Shown one piece after another: positions 26,993-39,960 of a DNA stretch of 64,000 bases. The stretch spans positions 42,986,708-43,050,707 of the forward strand of contig NC_068991.1 in NCBI RefSeq assembly GCF_001194135.2, written 5' to 3'. Source of the DNA: Octopus bimaculoides (taxonomy: Eukaryota). The notes under the pieces are model-generated. The model saw only the letters and a list, made by a program, of their open reading frames with translations. It did no database searches and was not told the DNA's origin. Numbering within the stretch: the first letter of the stretch is position 1; each line of letters starts with the position of its first letter. Both the position numbers and the translations under genes were made by a program.

Positions 26993-27425
26993 TTACAAAT
27001 AAAAGGGTAAAGGATTATTAATTTATTAATAAATTAATAATTAATAATTTTTACCAAGCCCTTCAGTATGTAAACACCATTATCGGTGAAGAACTTATTT
27101 AAAAGTTCTTATAAATTTATAAACATAATTAAGGGATCAGCAACAGTTGCTTCACCACATACCAAAGTTCAGAAATAGCAGCTAAAGTGCCAAAACTCCA
27201 ACAGATAGCAATACTTGTAACTCACAAAGGCAAAACAAGAAGAAAAAAAAAATAACGAAAATAATGATTAACTAAGACTAGTTAGTTTCGTTATTTTTTC
27301 TTCTTGTTTTGCCTTTGTGAGTTACAAGTATTGCTGTCTGTTGGAGTTTTGGCGCTTTAGCTGCTATTTCTGAACTTCAGTATGTGGTAAAGCAACTGTT
27401 GCTGATCCCTTAATTATGTTTATAA
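26993..27425. mobile_element. Fold-back insertion (inverted arms 27114-27260 and 27286-27428) with 20-bp TSD
   Basis: TSD attcataagttctataatta at 26973-26992 and 27426-27445. Arms differ by 5 substitutions and one A-run indel. Confidence 0.9.
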
Positions 27426-27629
27426 ATTCATAAGTTCTATAATTAGAACCAAAAAAAAAACCCTTTGATTTACTATTAAAACATTGTTAATTGAAAATCT
27501 TTTTTAAAATCTTATTTTAACATTTTTATCACTATTTTGAAAGGTATAGAATATAAGTGTAGTGAAATATTTTGAAAACTCACGCACACATATATTTCCA
27601 TATTCCATGCTCCTGTCTACTTTGGCATG

Positions 27630-28000
27630 GTTTCTACTGCTTAGGAGATGAGAGGTTAAAGAATGAGAGAAGGGGCCATATCAAAACAGATTTCTCACTA
27701 TAGAGGAGCTACATGGTTACTCACATTTTAGAAGAGAGGATAGAGCTAGGAAGAGATAAAAATAGTGGTGATGAGGTGTCTGGGTCCAAGTTGAGTAGAA
27801 GTGAGCAGGGTCAGAAGAACCAGGTATGTTGGTGGGAAAAGTTTTCAAGTGTGTATGGGAGTGTGAAAGATGATGAATTGGTGAAGAACAAATGTTGAGG
27901 AGTGTATGTAGTGAATGGTGGATAAGAGATGAGGGTGACCAATGATGCACTGGGTGAATAGCAGCAGAATTGTAATGGTGACATGTGATTTGATAGATTG
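27630..28000 (-). mobile_element. Probable CR1/L2-type APE endonuclease remnant
   Basis: HWSPSS...FPTNIPGSSDPAHFYSTW resembles YxSPS...GDxNaH..W. Heavily decayed. Confidence 0.45.
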
Positions 28001-28089
28001 ATCTAGTGTGTGTGTGTGTGTGTGTGCAGGCTCTGATTGGTGATCAATGTAAAATGCGGGTGAATACACACATACACACATGCACATTT

Positions 28090-28460
28090 TAGTCTAGCAG
28101 TGGTCTGTGCACATCAACCTTCTCCAAGACTCTGTATGACCTGGGAAGGCCCATATTCTCCTCTGCTGCCATTAAGTAGATTACTGGAACTTCAGCTACC
28201 ACGACTAGACCTGGAATGAATACTGGAGTGGTTTCCCATTGCCTTCTCCAGGTCGGTGGAATTTGAACTCGGAATGTAAAGAGCCAGAAGATATATTGTA
28301 AAGCATCTCTGTCAACGCACCAACAATTCTGCTGTTCTCTTACCTGCAGAGCAATGTGAAATGAAGTGTTTTGCTCAAGAACACAACACACTGCCCAGTT
28401 CAGGAATTGAACCTATGATCTAGCAATTATGTGTGCAATATCCTAACTACTAGGTCATGC
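28090..28460. mobile_element. Cluster of retroposon fragments: RTE/BovB-type 3' tail (+), then two minus-strand tRNA-SINE heads
   Basis: gaatactggagtggtttcccattgccttctcc (BovB-like terminus, to ~28250); ggaatttgaactcggaatgtaaag (same family as 11582-11800); gaaatgaagtgttttgctcaagaacacaac...ggaattgaacc. Confidence 0.7.
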
Positions 28461-28542
28461 ACTTTCAAGTGCATACATATATAGATTGGTATATACGTAT
28501 GTATGTAGATATATGCACATACACACACACACATATATATAT

Positions 28543-28895
28543 AGGCACAGATATGGTTGTGTGGTATGAAGCTTGCTTCCTAATCACATGGTTCTGGGTT
28601 CAGTCCCACTACATGGTACCTTGAGCAAGTGTCTTCTATTATAGCCTCTGGTCAACCAAAACCATATGAGTGGATTTGGTAGATGGAGCCTGAAAGAAGC
28701 CTGTCATATATATCTGTGTGTTTCTGTGTTTGTCCTCTCACCAGCACTTGACAACTGGTGCTAATGTGTTTGTGTCCCTGTAACTTAGCAGTTCAGCTTA
28801 AAAAGAAAAAGAGAAAAGTACTGCGCTCAATTAATTCAACTAAAATTCTTCGAGGCATTGCCCCAGCATGGCCCCAGTCTAGTGACTAGCAAGTA
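28543..28895 (+). mobile_element. CORE-type tRNA-derived SINE (octopus OR2-like)
   Basis: tgtggtatgaagcttgcttcc..ggttcagtcccact..ccttgagcaagtgtcttct..gagtggatttggtaga..gccccagcatggcc. Homologous to 62376-62785. Confidence 0.88.
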
Positions 28896-30671
28896 AAAGA
28901 TAAAGGTGAAAGACACACACACTTGAATTAGTGAATAAACAAAAGATAGTAGTGCTGAACACATTTGGAATTACATGTATTTAATAGCAGTTTGACTCTG
29001 CTCCTCATGACTTAGTTTCATAGATGTTTGTTACACAGACATCTCAATATATATATATATATATACATGCAGAGATAGATAGATAAATAGACAGACAGAC
29101 AGACAGTGACTAACTTACTAAAATTGTCCAAGTTTTCCTTGTTTCCATGGATTATTCATGACCATTATTTGTCTAGGCACCCTTCAAATAAATTATAATT
29201 CCATATTGGAAAGCTATTTCTATAGGACAGTTTATTCACTGTTCATGTATCTCTTGACATTAGATTAGTATGTATGAGTTTTGTGGCTTGGAGGATTTTC
29301 AGTAATTCTATTAGATGAATATTTTACGAAAATCAATAGTCAAACATTAACACATTGATTTGTATTATTATAGATATATATCATAGCGAAGAGTCAGTTG
29401 TTCCAATGAACTTTTAGCATATTTGTTTTTATAATACTTGACAACCATCAACTGCTGGTGAACATCAAAGATAAAAACATATTTGTCCATGTAACTTAAG
29501 TTTTCTTATTTATTTATGAATGTGTCTGTTAAAAGTGAAATATATCTTATTTCCTCTTAGCTAAATATTTGAAAAACAAAAAGGCACAAAGGAAGTTATG
29601 TAATTATACAAAACCTCAAGGTACCCAAATGCCCCTTTACACTGAACTTTGACAAAGGAACAAGATAAAAGGGTTTTTTCAAAAAAGCTGTTCTCACAAA
29701 GTAGATATGCTTGGAAGACAAACTAAAGTTGACATCAATTTTGTATTTGCTTTAGAAATTTCATGTCTTTATGAAGTTGAATTTAGAAGTAATGTTGCTG
29801 CTGGTGATGATAGTGATGATGTAAGCAGTAAGATGGTATCAGTTGTACAGATTCAGGATCACTAGTCAAATGGAATTTCTTATTGATGCTGTTCTAAATA
29901 AATTAGCAATGATGTGGATTTGTGATAATTGTATGAGACAAACTAGGCTTTTATTATGCCATTATAATATGCACAGATTACTTAAATTGAAGAAACTGGT
30001 GTTAAACCAGAGCAAGTCAGTGAGTTGGTTAATTCTTCCATTCCTTAATGCAGATCAGTATACTTGAACTTTGAGTTGCTAAGGTTAAGTCAGTTGTATT
30101 GCTTAAATATTTTTACTGGCACAAATCATCACTTCGGAAATTCTGACATCTCTGAAAAAAGAAATCACATCTATTTTATAGATTTTTCTCACTTGATTGA
30201 ATTACATACTTCAGGAATTTATATATTTTGTATATAGTATGGATAAAAAAAGGAAGATTTAGAGACATAAAACTGGATATTTGACTGAGTGTTTTTGAAA
30301 CAACAGAAACAGCAGTAATAATAACAGTACTTTCATTTTTTTCCATATGAAATATTTCATATGAAGTCAGTATTGATTGATTTTTACCAATATTATGTTC
30401 TTTTTTTTTTTTTAGGTGGGGTAATTGTTTCAGTACTATAGATTCTCCTTTCTCTCTGCTTTTGGGAAACTTTTCTATTGTTAAAGAATATTCGACTTCT
30501 TTTTTATTCAGAATGCTTTTGTCTTCTCCACTGAATAGGTCTTTTCACTTTACATAATAATGCATTGTACTCTTTCTAAAAATTGACCGGGAACTACATT
30601 CATTATGTAATTGGATATTTAAGAAAATAAATAGAAATGTATATTGAAGGAAAAAGGTTAAATGCGGTAAT

Positions 30672-30674
<3 letters not shown>

Positions 30675-30727
<53 letters not shown>
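30675..30727. repeat. (TA)n microsatellite
   Basis: Pure TA run. Confidence 0.97.
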
Positions 30728-30730
<3 letters not shown>

Positions 30731-32435
30731 TAAAATTCATTTTTGTCATTTATTTTTCATTTGTATGGTAGACAAATGTAACTAATTAGTAATTTTTGAT
30801 ATCTGTATTATAATTTATACTTATTCTGAGAATATCAGCATATACTTTATAAGACATTTTTATTTAATGTAGTCTTAAATACCAGTATCATTTTGAAGTC
30901 AAAAAGTTTAATATGCACAAGTCCTAACAAAAGGGTCTCTGATTAATACAAATAGATATAACAGATATGAGCAAAATTATCTTAAAGGTGTCAAAAATTC
31001 TTAAGATCAGAACTAGGAGCTATTTCTTGTTAGTATTGTTGATATATAAATAATAGCTGTCTTAACTTTGAACCTAGTATAGCCTTACTGCAGGAATACT
31101 ATACATGGAGACTATAGAACTGGGGCTTGGAGTTCTCAACAACAACATTTAACGTACATTTTCCATGTTGGCATGCGAAGTAACAACAAAGTATAGTTTC
31201 TAAAAATAAATTTCTTATGAATTAACTAAATGTGGTATAAAGACTATACCCAGGATGTTTTAAGTGATTTAAAGAAATATATAAATTTGCTTGAAGTGAA
31301 TTGTACCAACTCTCAAATAACTGTTTAACTTGAGAGAGTATGATCACTAAAAACAAGATATTTCTTGGGTATTCCCTTTGCAAAAATTCTAGTATCGAGA
31401 TTTGTCATAGTCAACCAGTTAGCAAGCTTGCTTGCTATGCTGCACTGGAAAATATAAAACTGATTTGCTACTGGCTAATCTAAAAATGGTAAGTGAAGAA
31501 AAACCCAGAAAAATTTGCAGTAAATAGGTTTATGCATGTGGCTTGTCAAATGTGACTCTAAGAATACAGACAAAGTGAAATGTCACCTTTCAGTAAGTAA
31601 ATTAACATTGCTACATTGCAGCATGTATTACGCATTTGCTATATTTTGTACATTTGACATGGTCCAATGCATAGAACTAAAGGTGTCCCAGGTGGGTTGC
31701 TATCAAAAGGGTTAAACAAAATCCTCTTAGCATGAAGCTTTGCTTTTAGTTGTGGTTTAGTAAGTAAACCTTCACTAACAAACTGTTGAGATCACTGATT
31801 GGTTCGTTGCTGATAATACTAAATAGAAAAAACTGTTATTTGAACTTCTCTTGTTAGAAAAACCAAGTGAATGATGATATGATCTCAGATTCAGTGGTAA
31901 TTCATGTAACACAGAGGTAGCCACCATTTTATGTTATTTTCTTTCTTTTTTTAAATATATGACTTCAGATGTACCATACAAATCAGGGAACCCTGTCTGC
32001 CTTTTGTATAAAATATATTTAGCTTTATCATTTTTACATGATATCACGATTTAATATATAAAAAAATGTAATCATTACTTACTTTAATGACATTTTTTAA
32101 GCTGTTTTGATTTTACCAACCTTTTAATGTTTGGGGTTAAATTAGTTACAGAAAGTAGAAAAGAATTCTGCAAATTTAAATCAGTCAATCATGGCTTTAT
32201 TTTGTGTCCTATCATTTTTATAAACGAAAGTATTTTACATTTGTATGCTGTTCCCATATAATAAATGTAACCCTGGGCACTCAGAGTAGATTGCCAGAAC
32301 TTACATCATCAGCAACTTGAGTTGAGGGAAGATTATCAAATTCCATGATTTTTTTTTTTAAATATATTAAATGAAAATGGGTTTATAAATGCATATAAAA
32401 AAAATCCAATGTAATCCAGATGGTATTATCCTCAG

Positions 32436-32480
32436 CACTTTGTTCTATATGTGGAACTGGTTCAAATCTTCATTATCTAC
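32436..32480 (+). CDS. Candidate 45-nt cassette exon or alternative first exon (MWNWFKSSLS from ATG 32449), phase 2 out
   Basis: Acceptor attatcctcag, donor AC|gtgagt at 32481. Phase matches exon 32871. Confidence 0.4.
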
Positions 32481-32870
32481 GTGAGTGATGAATAATTTTA
32501 ATTTCATCTTGAATGCTTTGAAATCATATACTAAGAAACAGTTTGTTCTTTTCCCTGCAGTTTCAATTTAGATTCTTGAGATGGCTATTTACATCAACTA
32601 AAAATGCTAAATAACTAATTGTTTAAACATAAAAGGGTTCTTCCTTCAGGGCACTCTTTGTTCTCTCCTGGAAAATTATGAACAGTATATTTCATTTTCC
32701 AAAATCTGTTCAGAACAAGTTTGAGAAAGCTAGCACAACTCACAATGGAATGCCATATTCCAAACCTGATATTTCACAATATTACTAAAATTTGCATTTG
32801 CTCTAATTTTAGTCACACATTTCACAACCATTAACATAACGTGTTGCAAGTTTGAAATTTTTGTTTACAG

Positions 32871-32917
32871 TGACTCTCGGTGTGGTGGTGATGGATCTCC
32901 ATTGTTCAACAAAGAAG
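32871..32917 (+). CDS. Candidate 47-nt exon: xDSRCGGDGSPLFNKE, phase 2 in / phase 1 out
   Basis: Good acceptor aaatttttgtttacag and a GC-richer island. In frame with 17052-17160 and 38802-38833. The donor AAG|gttcaa is weak. Confidence 0.5.
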
Positions 32918-32944
32918 GTTCAATTGTTTTATCAACTAATAGCC

Positions 32945-33130
32945 TGTTTCTGAATTTATATGTAAGTGGCTGACCATTCCACAGACACATGTACTCTTAA
33001 CATAGTTTCCAGTAAAATCTGTGTGACATTACATGACAAGGTTGTACCTTTTTTGAATAACAGTTAAAAATTCAACCAACAGGCTTCTGTACAATTTCCA
33101 TCATCATCCCAATTTTACTCACAAGGTTAT
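32945..33130 (+). mobile_element. SINE-type dispersed repeat fragment
   Basis: tatgtaagtggctgaccattccacagacacatgtactcttaac. An antisense homologue (acatgtctgttgaatactcaaccattt) lies at ~61790-61870. Confidence 0.55.
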
Positions 33131-33206
33131 AGAAAATGGCATTTCTTCAACACTAGTTTCAATTCTCCCATTTTGATGTGTTTTGTAGTATTTATATGAT
33201 CATCTA

Positions 33207-34476
33207 CAAGAGTGGGCTGAAAAGTTCATAGGCTGACCATGATGCAATGGTTGAACTTGACCAAATGTGTTTTATTTTTCAACATAGTCTCCCCTGCAGT
33301 CCATACACTTCTTCCATCGGTGTTGCAGTGCTTGGATTCCTGTGGTATAGAAGCTCTCATCCTGACCCTCAAAAAAAATCCTCAACAGCAGATATGACCT
33401 CATCATCAGTTCAATACTACTTGCCAGCCAAGTGTTTTTTCATGTTGGGGAACAGAAAATAGCCAGATGGTGCCAAATCAGGAAAATATGGAGGGTGATC
33501 AACAAGTTTAAAACCACAGTCACACACAGCAGCAATTGCAAACACAGATTTGTGTGTAGGAGCATTGTCCTGGTGAAGCATAACACCCTTTGCCAGTTTT
33601 CCATGCCATTTTGACTTGATTGCCTTTCGCTACTGCCTCAACAAGTTGGCATAGTATTCTCCATTGATAGTATGGCCTTTCTGAAGGTATTCAATGAACA
33701 CAATGCCCTTTGCATCCCAGAAGACGGCATCCATCACCTTCCCTGCTGACACCACCTTGGCCTTCTTTGGTAGGAGAGGAGATGGGTGTTTCCACTGCAT
33801 GGACTGCCATTTGGTCTCTGGCTCAAAGTAGTGAACCCAACATTCATCCTGGGTGAAGAAACATTCAAGAAAACCATCTAGATTTGCTTCAAAAGGTGCC
33901 AAGTTCACCAGCAACATGACCAGCCTGGTGTGCTTTTGATCAGGCATCAAAAGTCATGGCTCCCACCGTGCAGAAACCTTCAACATTCCAAGTTCACTGT
34001 GCAGAATGTTGTCAACCTTTTTCACAAGAGATGCTTACAGTATTAGCTATCTAATCAACATTTAAACGTCTGTCATCCATCACCATGTGGTGAACACAAT
34101 CGATGTTTTCAGTGGCTGTAGCAGGATGTCTGGACCTTGGGTCATCTTCAAGACTCTCTCTACCCCTCTTGAATTCAGCTGCCCAGTTTTGCACAGTTGG
34201 TAAAGCTGGAGCATCATCCCCTAATGTAGCAACCATATCAGTATGAATGTCCTTGGGGAGCTAACCCCCTTTTCTGCACATACCACAGTGCCAAATTTTA
34301 TCCATTTTCATGAAATGTCTCTAGTACCACTTTTCCAAGTCCTCAATTCTGTATCCAAAGTTGGTTTATCTGGAAAATGCACTTAATATCAGTAAAGGTT
34401 GAATTTAATGCATGCCAAGTTTAATTACTTTATGATAACTCCTTAGTCAGCCTATGAACTTTTCAGCCCACCCTTA
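33207..34476 (-). mobile_element. Near full-length mariner (irritans/Himar1-like), decayed
   Basis: TIRs caagagtgggctgaaaagttcataggctgac and gtcagcctatgaacttttcagcccaccctta, with TA both sides. Motifs WAAEFKRGRESLEDDPRS, TQDECWVHYFEPETK, LHQDNAP, HPPYFPDLAPS. Confidence 0.95.
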
Positions 34477-34914
34477 TATTCTATTTTGTAAGAAATTGTT
34501 TTTTCAGAAACAACTTCCTGTGGGTTTTCTGAAAAACTTCCTATGAATAAGACCTTATTTTCCTACTGTTCATTGAATTAGTGTTTACTTTCTGCTTTTT
34601 GTTTGCACTGTGATGGATGAAGTGAAAACAATGCACTTTTGGCACAACACTATATGTTGACCATTCCTGATTTAGCAACCATTTCTATAGATTTACATTT
34701 TATCAGGCTTTTGCTACTAAATGTCAAATACAATTACTTTCTGGGCCAATTCTTATGTTTTAAACCAGACAGTCCTCTGGTTTAAAGAGGTTTAAAAGCA
34801 TAACATCTAGTCTCAGTTGAAAATTTAAATCCAAAATGGTCGCTCCCAAACTTCTGGCCCCATCTTAAAATTTTTCTCACAAGCACAATATTTAATCTTT
34901 CTTTTAATATTTTA

Positions 34915-35116
34915 TTTGTTTCAGTCATTAGGCTTAAGCCATGCTGGGGCACTGCCTTGAAGAATTTTTAGTCAAATGAATCAGCCCCAGTAGTTATATT
35001 TTTTAAGCTTGATACTTATTCTATCAGTTTATTTTACCAAACTGCTAGGTTACAAGGCTGTAGACACACCAATATTGGTTGTCAAGCAGTTGCAGGGGAC
35101 AAACACATGCAAAGAC

Positions 35117-35171
<55 letters not shown>

Positions 35172-35327
35172 GGGCTTCTTTCAGTTTCCGCCTCCCAAAT
35201 CCACTCACAAGGCTTTGGTTGGCCTGAGGCTCTAGCAGGAGATGCTTGCCCAAGCTACTGTGCTGCAGAATTGAACCAAGAATTATGTGGTTGGGAAACA
35301 AGCTTCTTACCACACAGCCATGCCTGT
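34915..35327 (-). mobile_element. CORE-type SINE (OR2-like) with internal (CA)n
   Basis: Reverse complement of the 62376-62785 family. Confidence 0.88.
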
Positions 35328-38300
35328 ACCTATGATATAAAACCTATAATATAAATTATTTCAATGTTCCATGCAGCCCAATAATTCAGTATGTTTTTCT
35401 GGAGTTGATTTTAATTGGTTCTTACCTTTTCTTCAAAATGTGTGTGGCTTTGTGCCAATATTAGAAGCCAGTGTTTAGAATGTATGTGTCAAGGTACCAT
35501 AAATCATCTTGTTAGAATCTTTTTCAAGCCTTAAGCTGAAACAAAGACATTCTTAAAGAATTTTTCTTGAAGTGGTATGAATATTACAATGTGATCAATG
35601 GTAGGATAGAGTTTTCTGCATACCACAGTCTTCCTCTGTACCATTCTTACAAATTTTAATTTCTGTCTAATTAGCAGCTACCAAAATTGCCAAAGACTTA
35701 ATTGAAAATGTTTAAGTTTTAATTTATTAACATGATTTACAGAAGAGAGAAATGTAGAAACCATTACACGAGTAGCTCTAAATAGCTTAGTTACAGAATT
35801 TATAGTTAAAATAGTTTAATAGTAGTAGCAGCCATTACACAATGCTGCCATCAGCTGTTATCTCTTTGACAAGATTTACCATTAGCATAACTTAGAACAA
35901 ATGGAATAACTATAAATGTATTACAAGCTTTACATATTCTGTATATCCTATGTAGACTATTCTCACCTCATAGTCTGGATATTAACTTAAGTAAAAAAAT
36001 TCCGTTTTTAAATACTTTCTGTGACAGTACTTATGAATCTTTGAATTTAAAATCCATTCAATTCCATAATAGCATAGAAAATAAAACTGGTATTGTGTTA
36101 AGACTGATACAGTATTGAGAGGTTGGAGATAGCTTTTAATTCTGTCTGGACAGAGCATTCTAAAAATATTGTTTCATTGTGCTGTGCATTGATATGATGA
36201 AGGAACGAAAGCAGATTCTTGTGTTGTTGATGGATTGTTTGTGTATATAAGTTCAGAAACCTAAAGGCAACTAGTCTAGCACTTGAGGTAACATTCCTCC
36301 ATTAAAGACTATAATGGACTGACGGTTACATCATAATATTGACTTGTTTATTTGTAGGGTTGTTTTTAGATTAAATGTTAAATGTATTTAAATATTTTTA
36401 GTTCTCTTTTTAAACAAAAAAAAGCTCATATTCTTGAATGGTTATTTATATTTAGACTTTTGAGAACTGAGGTGGAATTTTATCTTGTGTATGATTGTGA
36501 ATTTAATCTTTAAAGTACTACAGGCTTCTTCATAGCATTTGAACATTAGTGCCAGTCTATCATTAGAATTTAGAACATCAGCTTGGTGTTTGTCACAAGA
36601 TTTAAGAGCTTTAGTTTGATATCTATTGCAGCTAGAATCTGGAATGCCAGCCTGATATCTATCTATTATTAACTCATTTTTGTCACTTGTAAATATACAT
36701 TATCATCCCACTTATCCTATGTCATCATACTTGTTAATCGCAACACTATTTTATACCACTGCAGCATGGTATGATCAAGATTTAATACCTTAAAACACTC
36801 ACACTTACAATTACATTGCCCATACATGAGTTTCGATGTTTTATTTAATTCTTTATTTTATTTTATTTTTTATATTTTCTTTGATTTATCTACTTATAAA
36901 CTTTTAATTTGTATTTTCTTTCCATATTGTAAATTTGGTTTGGGTTGTGTACTGAGATCTAAAGTTGTGTATACTCAAAAAGGAGTGCTTAAAACTGCAA
37001 GCAAGCTTCCTACTGATAACTTATCAGTGCTATCATGAATTTTCCAGATGTTTGAACTGGATAGAAGGATGGACATGCTAGACCAGTAATGGAAGCAGTC
37101 ACCTATCCTCCTATCTGTGTGTGTGTAAAAGTATCACAAATATTCTTAAGTGATAATATGAATATTTTGGAATTCCTGTTTTCATTTATTTTATTTATCT
37201 CCTCCCTCCCTCCCCTATGCCAAATTTGTTTTGGCTCAAGTAGGTTGCAGAAGGCTAAGATAAACATTATGTCAGCTTTCTTGCTGAAAAGTCAACAGTT
37301 TTTCACTGATGTAAACAATGCATCTTTGGTCAAAACACTTAACTCTCAATGGTCCAATCCTCCAAGTTGTAAATAACTATTATGAGAAGGCACAACATCT
37401 ATTGTAAGAACTGTAAGCATTATATACTTGAAGAGTGTTTTTTTTTTTGTTCTTTTCTCCCACTATTAGCTTCAAGTAGTAGGCTAAACTTCCCACATGA
37501 AGTTAGCTTCAAAAGGAAAGGCTCCAACTGGTTAAGATACACTATCAAGTGAACCAACAATTGAAATACTAGGGGAATCATATCTCTTAGTATACTGACT
37601 CTCAAACTGACCAATACCAATTCCTCCCCTCAAGTTATTAGTGTTTTTGTTTTTACCCCCTCCTTTATTAATGAGAAGATAATGGAGTTTTCAATGCTTT
37701 CTTTGTCATGGAGTTGGGCCTATTTAAATCCCCTTTAATTATAAAGAATTATTTTGTCTAGTATCCTGGAGATGAGACAATGAGAGACAAGTAAACCTGG
37801 ATGAAGAGGGTATGCTGTTAACTATTTCAGGGGGAGAGAAATTGTTAGCAGCAAAGAGAGGAAACTGCATGTATGTGTGCTGATGATTGAAACATTTTAT
37901 TGGTGACAGTCAATCTTTTGGATATGGCTTTGGGTCTTTGTGCATGTGTAACAGTAGCAATACAGAACCATACATGTGAGCAGTTTTTCAAGATTGGACT
38001 TTCTCCTTGAGTCTTGTAGAAAAATCAGCAGCTGATCAGGGCTGAATTAATCCTAATCTTTGTGATGAACTTTTGGCAACGATTTTTATATCTATTCAGT
38101 TACAAAGTTAAACTGCTATCTTTTATCAGTTGCATAATTGAAGTAGTGCATTAGTTACTACATAATGAGCTCCTAGCCATATTAGTTGTAGTCTAGTCCA
38201 TGTACCAATACTGTGTATAGTAGAAAGGGTGTTTTTCTCTGTTTCTTTTAGACTTTATACACATTATGCATTTTTCCTTATATAATCATATTATTACTGT

Positions 38301-38801
38301 CTCTATATGTTTACACTAATTTCTTTCAAATTAAATATAGCCACAGCATGTTACTTCTCCACAATGTCAACAATTATTTTCTTTTTCTGATTACACAAGT
38401 CCTATTCAGCACCTGTTAGAAATTGCAACTTGATTGCTCTTGGGTGAGTCCAGATGATATAGAAATAGTTTTTACACAAAGTAGTATGTTTATCAGCATT
38501 CTTGTTTTGTAAAACTTGCTCAGACACAAAAAAAAAACTTGTTTGAAAAATATACATGTACATTTGTGTTTCTCTGCACATTTGTTTGTTGATGTACATA
38601 TATGTATACTTAGATACACACACAAATGTACATATATAAAAAAAAGACAGTATCTGTTCTCTAAATCAGCAAACTTTTATGGGGGTGTATGGGATACAGG
38701 GATTTAAAACTAGATGAAAGAAATATATAATTTTCAGCTTAAATGGTCATTTCTTTTTATCTGATTACGACATTATCTACAGTATATATTAAGATTTTTA
38801 G

Positions 38802-38833
38802 ATGGTGTTGTTCACCACCATATGTCTACATTG
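38802..38833 (+). CDS. 32-nt exon; frame ambiguous (DGVVHHHMSTL or WCCSPPYVYI)
   Basis: Acceptor aagatttttag, consensus donor TTG|gtaagt at 38834, all frames open, non-repetitive context. Confidence 0.6.
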
Positions 38834-39883
38834 GTAAGTGCTACAAACAAGTGCAGTTGCTTTACATTGTCTTTATTTTCTTATTTACACACATTTGGAG
38901 TTACAGACATCATTCTTCAAAGTTAGGTTTTTCTTTACTTATTCATTGTTAAGCAGTTAAACTGTTTAAGATGGTCTCTGTTTTTGTTTTGTTTTTTATT
39001 GAAGTGGTGGTCTTTTGTTGTTTTTTTTTAAGGTCTTTTTTAAAACTGTTTTGTTATACAAGTTTAAGATCAAGCATATGTGGAAAAAATTTTGAAAGAG
39101 CAATATAATTTATATAACATCTTTAAAGCTTATTCAGCATCAACCTTCTATTTCTACAAACTTTTTACCTATCTAATGGTATCACATACAATATGCCTTA
39201 CATTTACCACTAAACAGCTGCACATACAACTGAAATGTGTCAATTTGAAGAATATTATATGTTACATTATGACCAACACAGATATTTAGCTTCTCTTTCT
39301 TTATTTTTACTCTCTCTACCCCACTAAAACTTTGAATGAACTATAACAATATAGAAAAATAATGCATGTAAAGAAAAAGGGATTTAATGTAATTATAATT
39401 TCAATTTTTTTTCTTTCGGAATTACATTTTTTATATATTTTCATGGTGATGTTTTTATTTAGTTTTACAGTTAAATTATTTTTTATATATGAAAACTTAA
39501 TGTTCAATATTGTTTGGTTAAGCAATATTTGAAAAACCTAGTGAAAATTATGTAATAACTGAGGGTGTTGAAGAAAAATAGAAAAGAACTATAGTTGAAA
39601 TATGGAATGGTTTCACATTCTCTCTACATGTATGTGAGAGACATTTTAATTTTAAAATAAAGACAAAATTCTGAAAGTAAAATATAAAAGAACTATGTAG
39701 TTTGATTAGACAGTAAAAATGCTTTCAAATGTGCATAATTTCCTACACAAAGCTGCAACAAGCATTGCGTAAGAAGCAACACATCTACAGTTTTGCATTT
39801 GAAATTTTCAACAACAGAAAATTAGTTTATACTATGTCTAGGATCAAGTTACACTTTGTCAGTTTCTGCTTATGGATGTTCTC

Positions 39884-39915
39884 TCTCTCTATCTCTCTCT
39901 TGCTCTCGCTCTCGC

Positions 39916-39948
<33 letters not shown>

Positions 39949-39960
39949 TTCTCTTTCTCT
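39884..39960. repeat. Imperfect (CT)n microsatellite
   Basis: CT-rich run. Confidence 0.9.

Noticed and set aside
29756-29820. Possible exon (EISCLYEVEF)RSNVAAGDDSDD|gtaagc
   Set aside because: Low-complexity GAT repeats and ambiguous, weak acceptors. Cannot be distinguished from chance.
31411-31488. AAAATG|gtaagt donor (similar motif at ~4843)
   Set aside because: All upstream frames have stops, and ATG spliced to 32871 gives an immediate TGA. No support as a coding exon.
32941-32967. Extending exon 32871 to the gtaagt at 32962
   Set aside because: That GTAAGT lies inside a dispersed repeat also seen antisense near 61850, so it is weak evidence for a host donor.
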